NCBI RefSeq assembly: GCF_000142905.1
Contig: NW_013657677.1
Coordinates: 124,001 to 188,000 of the forward strand
Source of the DNA: Thecamonas trahens ATCC 50062
Taxonomy: Eukaryota > Protista > Apusomonadida
Direction: 5' to 3'
DNA length: 64,000 nt
Position 1 is the first letter of the stretch. Each line of letters starts with the position of its first letter. The position numbers and the translations under genes were made by a program. This document shows, in pieces, positions 23,246 to 36,600 of this stretch. A model generated the notes under the pieces. It was not told the DNA's origin, did not search any database, and saw nothing but the letters and a program-made list of their open reading frames with translations.

Positions 23246-24517
23246 ATGAACGTTGACGGATACGTGGCACGGGGAATGGTGGGGAGGCCCGTGGAGGATC
23301 CCTCGGTTCCTCAGCGGGTGCTGGTGGCCGGTGGCGCAGGCTTTATCGGCTCGCACCTGGCGCAGCGGCTGCTTGGGGAGGGCCACTTTGTTCGCGTCGC
23401 AGACGTTGTACCCAACGAGTACTTTGCGCCCGAGGAGTACTGCTCCGAGTTTGTGGAGGTATGTATGAGAGGGTAGGGGGAGGGGGGGGAGGGGGGCGAG
23501 GGGCAGGCCTGTACCCGTCCAGGTGGGCGGCGAGTGGCGGGCGGCTGGCGGCTCATGGCACGACTCACAAAGCTTCCACGCCCGACGCGATGGCACTGCC
23601 ATCATGCCCAGGCCGATCTTCGCAAGGTTGAAGCTTGCCGCAAGGTGTGCGAGGGAATGGACTGGATCTTCTGCCTCGCGGCGGACATGGGCGGCATGGG
23701 CTTCATCCACTCGAACAACTCGGTCATTCTTTACAACTCGACCATGATCACTCTGTCGATGATCGAGGGCGCGCGGCAGGCCGGGGCCAAGCGGTTCTTC
23801 TTTGCCTCGTCAGCGTGCGTGTACAATGAGGCCAATCAGGAGGATCCCAACTCGGCCGATCTGACCGAGAACCTGGCCTGGCCAGCCAAGCCGCAGGACG
23901 GATACGGCCTGGAGAAGCTGTACGGCGAGGAGGTGTGTCTCTCGTACGGGCGCGACTTTAACATGGAGACCCGCATCGCTCGTTTTCACAACATCTACGG
24001 CGAGCGCGGAACATGGAAGGGCGGTCGCGAGAAGGTCCCGGCCGCATTTTGCCGCAAGGCCATCGCCTCGACGTCCACCTTTGAGATGTGGGGTGACGGG
24101 CTTCAGTCGCGCTCGTTCTGCCATGTTGACGACTGCGTCGAGGGCATCCTGCGCCTCTTCTACTCGCCCTTTGTCCTGCCCATCAACCTGGGCTCGTCCG
24201 AGATGGTCAACATGCGCCAGCTGGCGCAGCTCGTCATGTCGTTTGAGGGTAAGGACCTCGAGTTGGACCACATCCCCGGTCCCGAGGGCGTGCGCGGACG
24301 CAACTCGGACAACACTGTCATCAAGGCCGTCCTCGGGTGGGAGCCGCAGATCTCGCTTGCTGACGGCATGCGTCGCGCTTACAATTGGATCAAGGCTCAG
24401 ATCGATGCCGAGATCGAGGCCAGCGGCGAACTCGACATTGAGACTCTTTATGCTACCTCGAGGGTCGTCGCCCAGCAGGAGCCCGAGGGCGACGAGTTTG
24501 CTGCCCGCGCCGAGTAG
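23246..24517 (+). CDS. GME: GDP-D-mannose 3',5'-epimerase; exons 23246-23458 and 23612-24517
   Basis: GGAGFIGSH; [10 protein letters not shown]; SSACVY; YGLEK; [16 protein letters not shown]; [12 protein letters not shown]; [12 protein letters not shown]. Confidence 0.92.
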
Positions 24518-24601
24518 ACCCCGTCTGTACCCCACACTTGCGCCATTGAATCAATGTAATTCTCTTGCTCCTATCGTCATCTGAGTTAGCAACTTCATTG
24601 T

Positions 24602-27600
24602 TTACGCGCGGATGGTTGACCGCGCATGTCCGCCCATGCCGCCGCCGCGGGCCGAATCGGCCTCAACATACCCGCGAAGGATCGGGGTGTCGGTGGCGAT
24701 CATGTCGAGAACGACGTTACCGCGGTAGGTAAAGCGCTCGCCGTGCTTGCGCTCATAGTCAACAAGAACAGTGTTGAGGTGAGCGTTGAGCTTGAGCAGC
24801 TCCTTCCACAGCTTCTCGCGCTCCGCAGCTTCGCGCTCGAGCCGCGACGCGTCCGAGCCGCCGGTCCGCGACGACGACTGCACATACTTGTGGATGCACT
24901 CGAGACGGTACTTGATGAACTCGCGCCGTGTCACGTGCTGCATCAGCGGAAGTCGGTCCGTGAGACGGGCCGACTCGCGCTCGTAGAGGGCAAGCAGCTT
25001 GTCTGAGTCGTTGGCTGCAGCATGAACCCGGTTGAGGAACGCCGAGATCTCAGCCTGATCAGCCTCAAGAGCCTCCCACATCTTCTCGATCGACGACTTG
25101 AGCATCGAGAGCTTCTGCTGCTTCGAGACCGCTGACTTGAGGATCTTGGCCTGGCTCGCCGCCGCTGCCGTGCGCTGGCTCGCCGCTGCAGAGTGCATGG
25201 TCATGCGCGCCACTTCGGCTTCACGGACCTTGAGGTTCTCCAGCGCCTCCATCTCCTTGAACGACGCCTTGTCGCGGGCACGCGCCTCAACCTCACCGAG
25301 GTATCGCGCGTGCAGCTCCGAGATGACCCGCTCGTACTTGGCCTGCATGTGCGTCTGGTAGTCAAACTTCCACTTGGCAAACGAGATCTTGGCCTTGCGG
25401 AGGCGTGTCTGCCACTCGCGCTTGTCCGACTCCTGGTCGGTTGTCGACGCCGCCACTGCAGCCTCAAAGTGCGCGAGCTGGTCCTTGTACAAAGACTCGT
25501 ACTGCACCAGCATGGCATCGTACTTGGCCTTGAGACGCTCTTCAAACGCCGCCGCAACCTCGGCGTTGCGCGCCTTGAGGTCCTCCATCGCTGATGACCA
25601 CTCGGCCGCGTGCTTGGCGTCGGTTGTCGAGGCCTCCGTCGACAGCGCCTCGAGCTCCTTGTCCTTGGCTGCGAGCAGAGCTTCGTAGTGAAGCGAGAGC
25701 CGCTTTTCAAGCTGCGACTCGCGAAGTTCGTAGTCGTCCTTGAGGATGGCCGAGTACGCTTCCAGCTTCTGCTCGTAGAACGCCTTGACCGATGCCTCGG
25801 CCGCCGCTCGTGCCTCCTGCTTGGCGGTAAAGAGCTCCTGCTCGCGCCCCGCAGCCTTTTCCATGATCTCGGCATGCATCTCCTGCGCCTCCTCTTGAAC
25901 CTTGGCCACAGTCTCTTGGTGCTCGTCAATGAGCGCCTCGTACTTGGAGTAGAGCGCCTTCTCGAACGAGAGCCGCGCCTCCTCCTCGGACGCTTCCAGA
26001 GACCGCAGCTTCTCGTCGCGCTCGTTGATCATTGCCCGGAGCGAGCCCTCCAGCTCGTCCTTGGCCGCAGCCGCGGACGTCCGCTGCTCCTCCAGGAGCA
26101 CGAGGTACTTCTGCTCCAGCGCTTCCTCGCGCTTCGCTTGAGATGCGACCGTTGACGCCAGCTCGGTCCGCAGCGCCTTGAGCTGCTCCTGCAGCGCCGC
26201 CGTTGTCTCGCTCAGCGTCGATTCGGACGCCGCCGTCAGCTCGGCAAGCTCTTCAGCAGCCTTGGTCTTGACCGCAGCAATCCTGTCCTCGTACTCGCTC
26301 TGCAGCGCCGCGAGCGCAGCCTCATGCTCGTGCCGCGACGCGAGAAGCTTGGCTCCCGCCTCGGACGCCGCCGCAGACATCGCCTCACGATGCTCGCGCT
26401 TGAGGTCCAGAATGTTCTCGTTGAGCGTCTCAATCTTGGCTTCGTACTCGGCGCGCTGCGCCTCGACCGCCTGCTCAGCTGCAATTCGCGCCGCAGACAT
26501 AGCCGACTTGAGCTCGAGCACCGCCGCCGCATGCTCAGCCCGAAGCTCCTCCATCGCTGCATCGGATGCATCCTTGGCCGCGGCCATATTGCGCCGCAGC
26601 CCAGCAGCAGCCTCCTCGTATGCCGCCTTGGTCTCGGCGAGCCGAACCTCGGCCGCGGCCTCAGCCTCCTCGGCCGCCACCGCTGCAGCCTTGAGCTCGG
26701 CATCCTTGGCCGCCACCGCGTCGGCCAGCTTCGCCTGCCACGTCGCCTTGAGGTCGTCAGCCGCCCACGCCGCTGCCTCCAGCTCGCCCTCCAGCTTGGC
26801 CACCAAAGCTGCTGACGCCTTTTCAGCCTTGGCCAGCCGCTCCTCAAACTTGGCGGCAAGCGCAGCTTCTGCGGCCGCACGCGCCTCCCGCGCCTCCTCT
26901 AGAGCGTTCTGGTGCGCGAGCGCGAGCTCTTCCTTGTCAGACGTGAGCTTCTCAATAGTAGCCACGTAGTTGGACGAGAGCTCGTCGTACTTGGCGGCAA
27001 GCGCAACCTCAAATGCCGCCCGCTCCTCAGCCATCTCCTGCTCGCGCTTCACCTTGTCTGCGAGCAGCGCAGCAAGCTCGGTCCGATGCGACTCGTCGGC
27101 GGCCTCGCGCTGAGCACGTGACTCCTCCTTGTGCTCCTTGAGCATGGCATTGAACTTGGTCCGCACCTCGTTCTCCGACGTCGCAAGGAGGTCTTCGTAG
27201 TATGACCGCAGCTTGTCCTCAAACGCGACGCGATCCTTGAGGTCGGCAACCCGCGCCGTCCGGTGCGACTCCTCCACCTGCTCAAGGATCTTGGCCTCAA
27301 ACGCCGCCTGCTCCGCCGCATACGCTGCCTTGAGCTCGGCCTCCAGCTCGGCCTTCTCCCGCTCCATGGCCAGCGTCCGCTCGCGCTCCATAGTCGCAAC
27401 CTCGTCCTTGTACGCCTCCATGGCGCGGTCGCGGGCCACAATAATCGCATTGAGCTCGTTCTTTGTCGCCGAAGCCTCGGCCGATGCTGCCGCCAGAGCA
27501 TCCGAGAGCTCCTTGGCATGCGCCACGTTGAGCGACGAGAGAGCGCCTTGGTGCTCGGCATCGGCCTCGAGTGCCGCAGCCTTCACTGACGCAATTTGAG

Positions 27601-30600
27601 TGACCAGCGACTTGTTGGTTGCCTCCATCTCTTCCAGCTCGTCGCGGAGCTTCTGGAGCGTGGCACGAATCTCCTCCTCGTACTCGGCCTGCTGCTTCAG
27701 GAGCGCCTCCTTCTTGAGCAGCTCCTCCTCGGCCTGCGCCTCCAGGGCAGCCTGGACCTCTGCCGAGCGCTTGGCAGCCGCGGCCTCAACAGACTCGCGG
27801 TGCTTGGCCACCATGCTCTGGTAGTTCTCGTACATCTCCTTCTCCTTGGCCTCGAGCGCCGCCGTCCGCTGCACGTTGGCTGCGTCCTGGTCGGCAATGA
27901 GCTTCTCGTACTTGGTCCGCAGCGAGTTCTCGTACTCGAGCTTGTCAGCATCGAGCTCGGCCTCGCGGTTGCGGAGAGCAGCCGCATCCTCTTCGGCCTT
28001 GACTTCAAGCTCCTCGGCCCGCTCCTTGTACGACGCGTCGAGCGCTGCAGCCTCGGCCTCCAGCTCCGCAAGCTTGGCCTTGGTCATGGCGCGCATCTCC
28101 TCCATAAACGCCTTCTTGGACGCCTCGTTCTCACGCTCGCGCTCGCGCAGCTCGCGCATCTTGGCATCGTGCCGCTCGGTGAGCTCACGGTCAAAGGCGA
28201 TCTTCTCGCGCTCAAACTCCTCCTTGAGCGCCTTGAGCTCGACCTCCTTGGCCTCGTACGAGCTCCGCAGCTCCGACTCGAGCTTCGCCTGCTCCTCATA
28301 CAGCGAGTGCTCCTTGGCCGCAAGCTTGGCAGACTTCTCCTCAAAGTCCGCCAGAATCTTGGCCTTGAACGCCACCTTTTCGGCCTCGCGCTCGTCGTCG
28401 CGTTCCACAAGCGACTGGCGCAGCTCCTCGGTCTCGGTCAGAAGCCGAATCCGGAACTCATCCTCCTGAGCCTTGAGCTCGCTTGCCTTGGTCTCGTACA
28501 TCGCAATCGACGCGTCCATGGCTGCCTTGCGCGCCTCGGCCTCAGCCTCGAGGTTAGCAGCGTGCTCAGCTGCGAGAGCCTCAAACTTTTCGTTGAGCGC
28601 AGTCTCGTACGTCGCAAGCTCAGCCTTCTGCGACTCGAGTGCAGCGGCGTCAGCATCCTTCAGCCGCTGGTACTGAGCACGAAGGTTGGCCTCAAACTCG
28701 GCCTTCTCCGCCTCGATGGCGTTCGCCCGAGCATTGAGCTCGGCAAGCCGCTCCTCGTGCTGGGCACGCAGCTGCGCCTCGGTGGCAGCCTTGGCCTCGT
28801 CCATCCGCGTCTTGGCATCGCGCAGCTGCTCCTCCTTGAGCTTGTAGCTCTGAATGAGAGCAAGCTCCTTCTCGTTGACCCGCTGCTCAATGGCGGCCTC
28901 GCGCTGCGCAACCTCGGCGAGCTTGGCTGCATGGGCCTCGTCGATGGCTGCCCGCAGCTCGGCAAGCTGCGCCTCGCGCGCCTCGTGCTGCCGCAGCAGC
29001 TCGGCCTGCATATCCTGATGGCGCTCCATGACTTCGCGCTCCATCGACTCCTTTTGCGCCAAGAGCTCCATCTGCTGCTCCTTGATCTGGTCGAGGAACT
29101 TGCGGTCAGTCTCGGACCGCTGCGCCATTTCGGACTTGACCTGCTCGCGGAACTCGCGGACCATGGTCTCGTAGTCGGCCTCGAGCTTCTCCTTGTACTT
29201 GTCCAGCTCGGCACGCCGGGCCACCAGCTCGAGTTCGTCTTCTTCGCGCTGCGCTTCAGCACGAGCGCGGACGCCATCTTCAAACTTGGCCTTCTCGGTC
29301 CGCATCTCCTGCTCGCGCTTGTGCAGCTCCTCGAGCTTGAGCGAGAACCGCGCCTCCAGATCGGCCTTAAACTTGGACTTGACCGCGTCGAGCTCGGCAG
29401 ACTTGGCCTCAAACTGATCGTTAAGCTCACGACGAAGCTTGAGCATGTCCGCCTCGAGCGCCGCCTTGCGCTCGCGCAGCTCGCCTTCCAGCCGCTCCTT
29501 GTTGTTGTGCAACGTCGTCGCAAGCTCAATCTGCTGCTTGTTGAGCTCGTCTTCACGCTCGCGCAGCGACTCCTCGTACAGCGCACGCGTGGCCTCAACC
29601 TCGGCCTTGAGGTTTGCCTCAAACTCCTTGTTCGACTCGTCGTACTTGGCTCGGACCTCGGCCTCGATCTCGCGCTGCGCACGCTCGACAAAGATCTGGT
29701 ACTCGCGTTCCCACGACGCGATCTGGTCGCGGAATTCAAATATCTGCCGGTCGCGCTCCGCAATCTCGGTCGAGAGCTGGATCTTAAGTTCAGACATTTT
29801 CTGGTGGTGATCGGCCTTCATCTCCTCCAGGTTCTTCTGGTGGACAAGCTCAGCCTCGAGGGCCAGTGCCTTGAGCCTGTCAATCTCATCGGAGAGCGCC
29901 GCCTCAACCTCGGTCAGCGTCACCAGCTGCTCCTTCATCGACATCATTGCTCGAGCCACATCCTCGCGAGCCTCGGCCTGGTCAGCCTCCAGCGCCTCAC
30001 GTTTGGCAAGTTCGGCTGTTGCCACTGCCTCCATGGCGTCGCGGGTCGCGTTGGCCGCGTCACGAGCCGCGGCATCCGCCGTCGCCTTGGACTCCTCGAT
30101 CATGGCCTGCACCCGCACAAACAGGTCGCGCTCGTATGCCTCCAGCTCAGCCTTGCGCTCCCGCAGCAGCGAGTTGTCCAGTTCGAGCGCCTTCTCGTAC
30201 TGTGCACGGATCTGGCGCTCGTACTCGAGCTTCTGCGCCTCGAGGTTAGCCTCCAACGACTTGGCCTCCTCCATTTTGGCATCGTACTTGTCGCGGTACT
30301 GCGCCTCGTACTTGGCGCGGTCGCGCTCGAGCGCCAGCTCGGCTTCTGCCAGCGCCTGCTGCTTGTTCTGGTACTTTTGGACAAGATCGGCCTCAAACGC
30401 CTTCTTCTCGCCCTCCAGCTCCAGCGCACGGGCCTCCAGCTCAGCCGCACGGGCCTCCAGCCGCTCGCGAAGGGTTGCCTCCTGCTTGATGAGCGAGACC
30501 TCAAGGTCGTGCTCGCGCGCCTCGAGCGCCGCCAGCTTGTCGGCAAACTCGGCCCGGAGCTTGGCCTCGGTCGCCGTCTTCTCCTCGTGAAGGACAATCT

Positions 30601-33600
30601 CCTTCTCGCGAAGCTCGGCACACTTGGCATCGTACGATGCGCGGAGAGCACCCTCGTACTCCTTCTTGTCTGACTCAAAGACAGCCTCGCGGTCCTTGAG
30701 CTCGGCAAGCTCGCGCTCGTAGTGAGCCTCGAGCTCGGCACGGTACTCGGCGTTTTTGGCATCGTTTGCCTCAGACCGCTGGATGAGCTCGAGCTTGAGT
30801 GCATCGTACTTGTCCTGCAGTTGCCGCTCGAGCGTCGCCAGGTTGGCCTGCATCGCCTCCTGCTGGTCGTCGAGTGAGCGCATCGCCTCGCGGAGCTTGG
30901 CATCGCGGTCGGCCTGCTCGGCCTCCATGTCAGCACGATGGCCGGCAACCATCGACTGATACTTGTCAAAGAGCTCGTGCTCGTACGCGTCCAGCTCGGC
31001 CTTGCGCTCGCGGAGCTTGGCCTCGGCCGCAGCCTGGAGCTCCTCAAACTGGTCACGGAGTGAGGTCTCGTATGCAGACTTGGCCGACTCGAGCGCAAGC
31101 TCACGGTCCTTAAGGTCGGCAAGCTTCTCTTCGTACTTGCGGACAAGCATGAGCTTGAACTCCTGCTTCTCAACATCGCGCGCACGCTCAGTCTCGATAA
31201 GTTGCTCCTGGAGAGCCTGGTGCTTCTCGATCATCTCGCGCTCAAACTCGGAACGAGCGTTGATGAGCTCCATCTCGTCGGCCTCGCGACGTGCCTCCAG
31301 CCGCGACAGCAGCTCCATCTCACGCGAGTGAAGCTCGGCCTCAAGCGACTTGAGGAACGAGCGCTGGTTGTTCTGGTTCTCCTCCACAGACGCCAGCAGC
31401 GAGGTCTGGAACTCCTTCTCCTTGGCCTCAAACTGCGACCGAAGGTCATTCTCGATCTCGGTTTGTGCCCGCTCGAGCCAGAGCTGGTACTCGCGCTCCC
31501 ACGTGGCATTCTGCTCGCGCAGCTCCATGATGGTTCGATCCCGCTTGGCGATCTCGCCGTTGAGCTCGTTTCGCGTCGCTGAGAGCTTCTCCTCAGCCTC
31601 GGTGAGCAGGTTCTCGCGGTCGGCCTGATGCTCGGCCTTGAGCGCAATGCCCGCCGAGCGCAGAAGCGCAATCTCCTCACGGAGCACCTTGTGCTCGGCC
31701 TCCATCGACTCGAGCTGGGAGACAAGCTCCGAGAGTGTCGTCTGCACCTTGGCCTCGTACTCGGCATGCTCCGACCGGAGCGTGTCGTGGATGCGCACCT
31801 TCTCGCGAGTCTGCGCTTCCAGCGTTGCTGCATGGTCGCGCAGCCGCGCACGGAGCTTGTCCTCGATCTCACGGTTGTGCTTGGCCATCAACTGATCCAT
31901 CTCGTCGGCAAAGTCGAGCTCGCGTGCCTCGAGCTCACGCTTGAGACGAGCGACTTCGGCCATGTCAGCCTCGCGGGTCTTGAGCGCCTTTTCGCGGGTC
32001 TCGCGCTCGTGCGCCGCCTTGGCCGCGGCAAACGCCATCTCGCGCTCCGACGCCGTGTTGTCAAGCTCCTCCTCACGTGCACGGAACTCAGCCTCGAGCG
32101 CTGCCCGATCGTGCACCAGCTTCTCGCGATCCTTGCGAAGCTGCGCACGCTCTGTATCGAACCGGTCACGAAGCTCCTTTCCAGCGCACGCGCATCCGCC
32201 TCGAGCTGAGACTCGCGGACCTTGAACTCATCAAGCTCGGCATTGTACTTGTCACGAAGAGATTTTTCGTAGGCAAACTTGTCGGACTCGAGCTGCACCT
32301 CGTACTTGCGGAGCTCCTCGAGCTTGGCATCGTGGAGGGCACGCAGCTCGGCCTCCATCGTCGCACGTGACGCCTCAAGCTCGTGCTCCTTCACACGCAG
32401 CGACTCAAGCTTGGCATCAGACGCAGCACGGAGCTCATCCTCGTACGCCCGAGCCTTGGCGTCAAAAGCAGCTTCCTTCAGCTTGAGCTCCTCCATCTTG
32501 GTCAGGTACTGCTCTCGCAGTTCACCTTCAAGCTTTTCGATCCGCGACTGAGCCTCGACCTCGGCGAGCTTGAGCTCAGAGTTCTTTGACTCGTACTTGA
32601 TCCGCAGCTCACGCTCATACGCCGCCTTGGACGATGCGAGCTCAACCTGTGCCTCAGAGACGGCTGCCAGACGCGCTTCGTGCTCGGCATCAAGCTGGAG
32701 CTTGTACTCGTTCATCTCGAGCTCCCGGTCACGGTCGCGGGCAAGAAGCTCGCTCTGAAGCTTCTCGTACTTGGCCAGCGACGCGCGCTCAAGCTCCGAC
32801 TTGTGTGACATGAGCGCAAGCTCGCGGTCGGCAAGCTCGGCGAGCTGAGCCTTGAGCTCCTCAACCTGGGTCCGCGCCGCATCTGCCGCCTTGGCCTGCG
32901 CCTCTGCCAGTGAGTCGGCAAAGTCGGCGTGAAGCTTGCGCTCGTACGCCACCAGCTCGTCCTGAGCAGCCGCCAGCGAAGCCTGCGAGTCGGCGAGGGC
33001 CGACTCGTAGCGGGCACGGACCGAGGCCTCGTACGCATCCTTCTCGCGGACAAGCTGCGCCTCGCGGGCCTTGAGCTCGGCAAACTGCTCGTCATACTTG
33101 GCAACGAGTGCATCTTCGAACATCGACTTTTCCTTCTCAATCTTGAGCTCGCGTGCCTGGAACTCGTGAGCAAGTGCGTCGGCACGGCGACGGTAGGCCT
33201 CCTCGTGTTCGAGGCGGTCGGCGAGGAGCTGCGCCTCGCGATCCTGCAGCGCTGCGAGCGCCTTCTCGTACTGCGCATCGAGGAACTGCTTGTGGGAAAG
33301 CTTCTGTGCATCGCGCTCGCGCTCGCGTGCCTCTGCCGCTGCCGCCTGATCGGCAGCGGCGGCTAGCATCTCGTCTTCGATGTGCTTGCGGAGCTGAGCA
33401 ACCTCAACGAGAAGAGCCTCGCGCTTCGAGTGCATGGCAGTGACAAGGTCCTTCTCGCGGGCGAGCAGCTCAGCCATGCGCGCGTTAAAGTAGTCATCAT
33501 GCTGAGCCTGGACGGCAGCAAGCTGCGCCTCGTGCTCGCGAAGAAGCTCGTTGTGCATCTTCTCGTACTTGTCGCGAATCGAGATCTCCAGCTCGGCAGC

Positions 33601-36600
33601 CACCGAGTCGCGGATACGCGATGTCTGATTTGCTGCTGCTGAGAGCTCGTTCTTGAGTGCTACAATGCTTGCATTCTTGTTGGCAAGCTCGCGCGCAAGC
33701 TCGGCCTCGCGGGCCGCGAGCGTGTTGGCAGCCTTGGTCTCGGCACGCGCCACCGCCGCCACCGAAGACGTCTGCTCCTCCAGCAGCTGTGCCTTGAGCA
33801 ACGCCATCTCGGCCAGCGACGACCGGTGTGCCTGCTCCATGGCATCGAGCTTGGATGTCAGATCGTTGAGTACACCCTGCATTGACCGCTCATACTCGAG
33901 CTGCTCAGCACGGGCAGAGTCACGCTTGGCAAGTTCGGCACGGGCCTGATCTGAGAGCGACGACGAGAGTGCGTCACGCCGGGCGTTGTACTCAGCCTCG
34001 AGGGCTGACTTACGTTGAGCGACCTGGTTCGCAACTTCAGCATCGACAGCGTCCATCTTGGCACGCAGCTGGCCCCGTAGCTTATCCGTCTCAGCCTGCA
34101 GTGCGCGCGCCCGCTCGTCAGCGGTCTGGCGGAGCTTGGCCTCGTAGTCGGCCTTGTCCTTGTCAAGCGCCGCAGCCTGAGCCTGAAGGTCGGCAAGCTG
34201 ACCCTGGTACTTGTCAAAGAGCTCGCGCTCGTACGACTCGGCGCGGGCGAGAGCCTCGCGCGCCTTGGCGGCCTCATCAGCAGCCAGAGCATCAAACTTG
34301 GACCGAAGTGAAGCCTCGAGCTCGCGCTTGGCATCCGCCGTCTCGCGCTCGCGGGCGGCAAGCGCCGCTAGCTTGGCATCATACTTGGCCTCGAGCTCGG
34401 CTCGGAGGCGTTCCGACTGCTGCTCACGGAGACGAACCGACTCGAGGAGCGCTGTGTGCTTGGCCTCAAACGAGGCACGAAGCGCAGACTCCATGTCGGC
34501 CTTGGCATTCGCCACTTCAGCCGCAACCTTATTGCGGGACTCGGTGAGGTTCTCCAGCAGCTCGGCCTCACGGCGCGCTAGAGCAGCTTCGCGCGAGGCC
34601 AGCGCAGCCTCTTGGAGCTGGGTCGACTTTTGCACAGAGGCAAGCATCGCACGCTCAGTGTCCTTGGCCCGCGACTCGAGCGATGAGACGAGCGAAGCCC
34701 GGATCTCGGCAGCCTTGGCCTCGCGCCAGGCAGCAGACTCGGCGTCACGAGCGGCAGCGTCCTGCTGCAGCTGGACAATCCGCGACTCGCGCTCGGCAAT
34801 TGCCGCGTGCAGCTCGTTGCGGGTAGCCGAGAGCTCACTGGCGGCGGCGGCATTGGCATCGGCCATCTTCGACTGCCATTCGGCATCGCGCTGAAGCTGG
34901 TACGCATTGAGCCGAGCAATTTCGGTAGTCAGCATCTGGTGCTGGTCCTCCATGGCCGCAAGCTGGTCGTTAAGCTTGGAGACAAAGCTCTGGATTTCAG
35001 CCACGTACGCCTCCTGTTGGCGGTTAAAGGCACGCTTCTTCTCCAGCGACGCACGCTCCTGGGCCTCAAACTCGGAACGAGAGGCGGTTGCTCGCGCCGC
35101 AGCCTCCTCATCAAGCTCGGTCTTGTGCGACTCGACCATGGCCTGGAACTTGGCGAACAGATCCTGCTCGACTTTTGCGCTGCGGCGCGCTGCGATCGCA
35201 GCTGGGCAGCAGCTTGAGCCTGCATCTGCTCGTACATCTCGCGTAGCTCCATCTCGTACGCCGACTTTTCCTGCTCAAGCGCAAGCTCGCGATCCGCAAG
35301 CGCCTGCACCTTGGCCTCGTACTTGGACCGGAGCGAGGCTTCAAAGTCAGCCTTGGCCCGAACAAGTGCCTTCTCGCGCTCAGCAAGCGCCGCCGTCCGC
35401 GCTGCAAACTTCTCCTCGAGCTGCGACTTGAACTGGAACTTTTCCTCGTCGAGCGCGCGAGAGCGACGGAGCGCCTCGTCCTGCAGCGCCTCCTGCTTGG
35501 CCAGCAGCTGCGCCTCGAGCGCCTCCTTCCGCTGGGCATACTCGGCCTCGAGCGCCTCACGCTGGCGCTGGAGCCGGTTCATGAGGTCCGACTCGCGAGT
35601 CGAGAGCGTCTGCTCGCGCTCGCGCAGGAACGACTCCTGCGAGCGGCGCGCAGCCTCTACATCCTCCAGCATGCGCATTTCGAGCTCCTTGTTGATGAGC
35701 TCGTACTTGGAACGGACGTCGGCCTCGATTTCGACCTGGGCACGATCAAGCCAAAGCTTGTACTCGCGGTCCATGGCGGCAATCTTCTCACGGAGCTCGA
35801 CTAGCGCGCGGTCCTTCTCGGCGAGTGCCTCGTTCATCGAGTTGCGGACGTCCGACAGCTTGGCCTCGGACGACGCCAGCAGCGCTGCAGTCGCCTTCTG
35901 GTGCTCAGCCTTGAGCTGGAGCTCGGTCGAGCGAGCCGAAGAAAGCTGTGCAGAGAGCTCTGCGTTCTGCGACTCCAGCTCGGCGAGCTGGTCGTGGATC
36001 GACTTGAGGAATGCCTCCATCTGGTTCTGGTACGCCTCCTGCGACTTGATAAAGGCATCCGCTTTTGCACCTCTTCGACAGCAAACGACTCAAAGGTCGC
36101 CCGTGACTCCTGGGCCCGCTCCGCCACAGTGGCGTCAGCAGCAGCCTTGTACTCCTCAAGCATCGAAGTGAAACGCGCAAAGAGGTCCGACTCGTACGCC
36201 TCCAGCTCCTCGCGCTTGGCCGACAGACGTGCTGTCGACTCCGCCTGCAGAGCCTCAAACTGACCACGGAGCTTGTTCTTGTACTCAGCGGCGTCGGCAT
36301 CCAGCGTCCTCTGGTGCTCCTGCAGCTCAGCAAGCCTGCTCTCGTAGCGAGCCTCAAGATCCTCCTTGTACGCCAGCTTCTCAGCTTCGCGCTCGCGTTC
36401 GCGAGCGGCAAGCTCAGCCTCCTGCTGCTCAAACTGCGCCATGAGTGTCCGCTCCATACCGAGCCTGCGCTCGTCCAGCTCCTCGGCCGACGCCGCGCGA
36501 GCCGCCGCAATCTTGTCGAGGGCTTCCTTCTCGCGAGCGAGAAGCGCAGCCTCGCGCTCGCGGAGGTGCGCCTCCTTAGAACGGCGGGCAGCGTCGACTT

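Noticed and set aside
23590-23605. ATGGC...GCCAT mini-hairpins near the GME and NUF2 (~45998-46014) acceptors
   Set aside because: Only two cases with 5-6 bp stems in GC-rich DNA, and not seen in the other introns.
27596-30673. 1025-aa + strand ORF and similar Leu-rich ORFs opposite the giant gene
   Set aside because: Antisense shadow of GAG/AAG/CTC-biased codons in GC-rich DNA; no domain signal.
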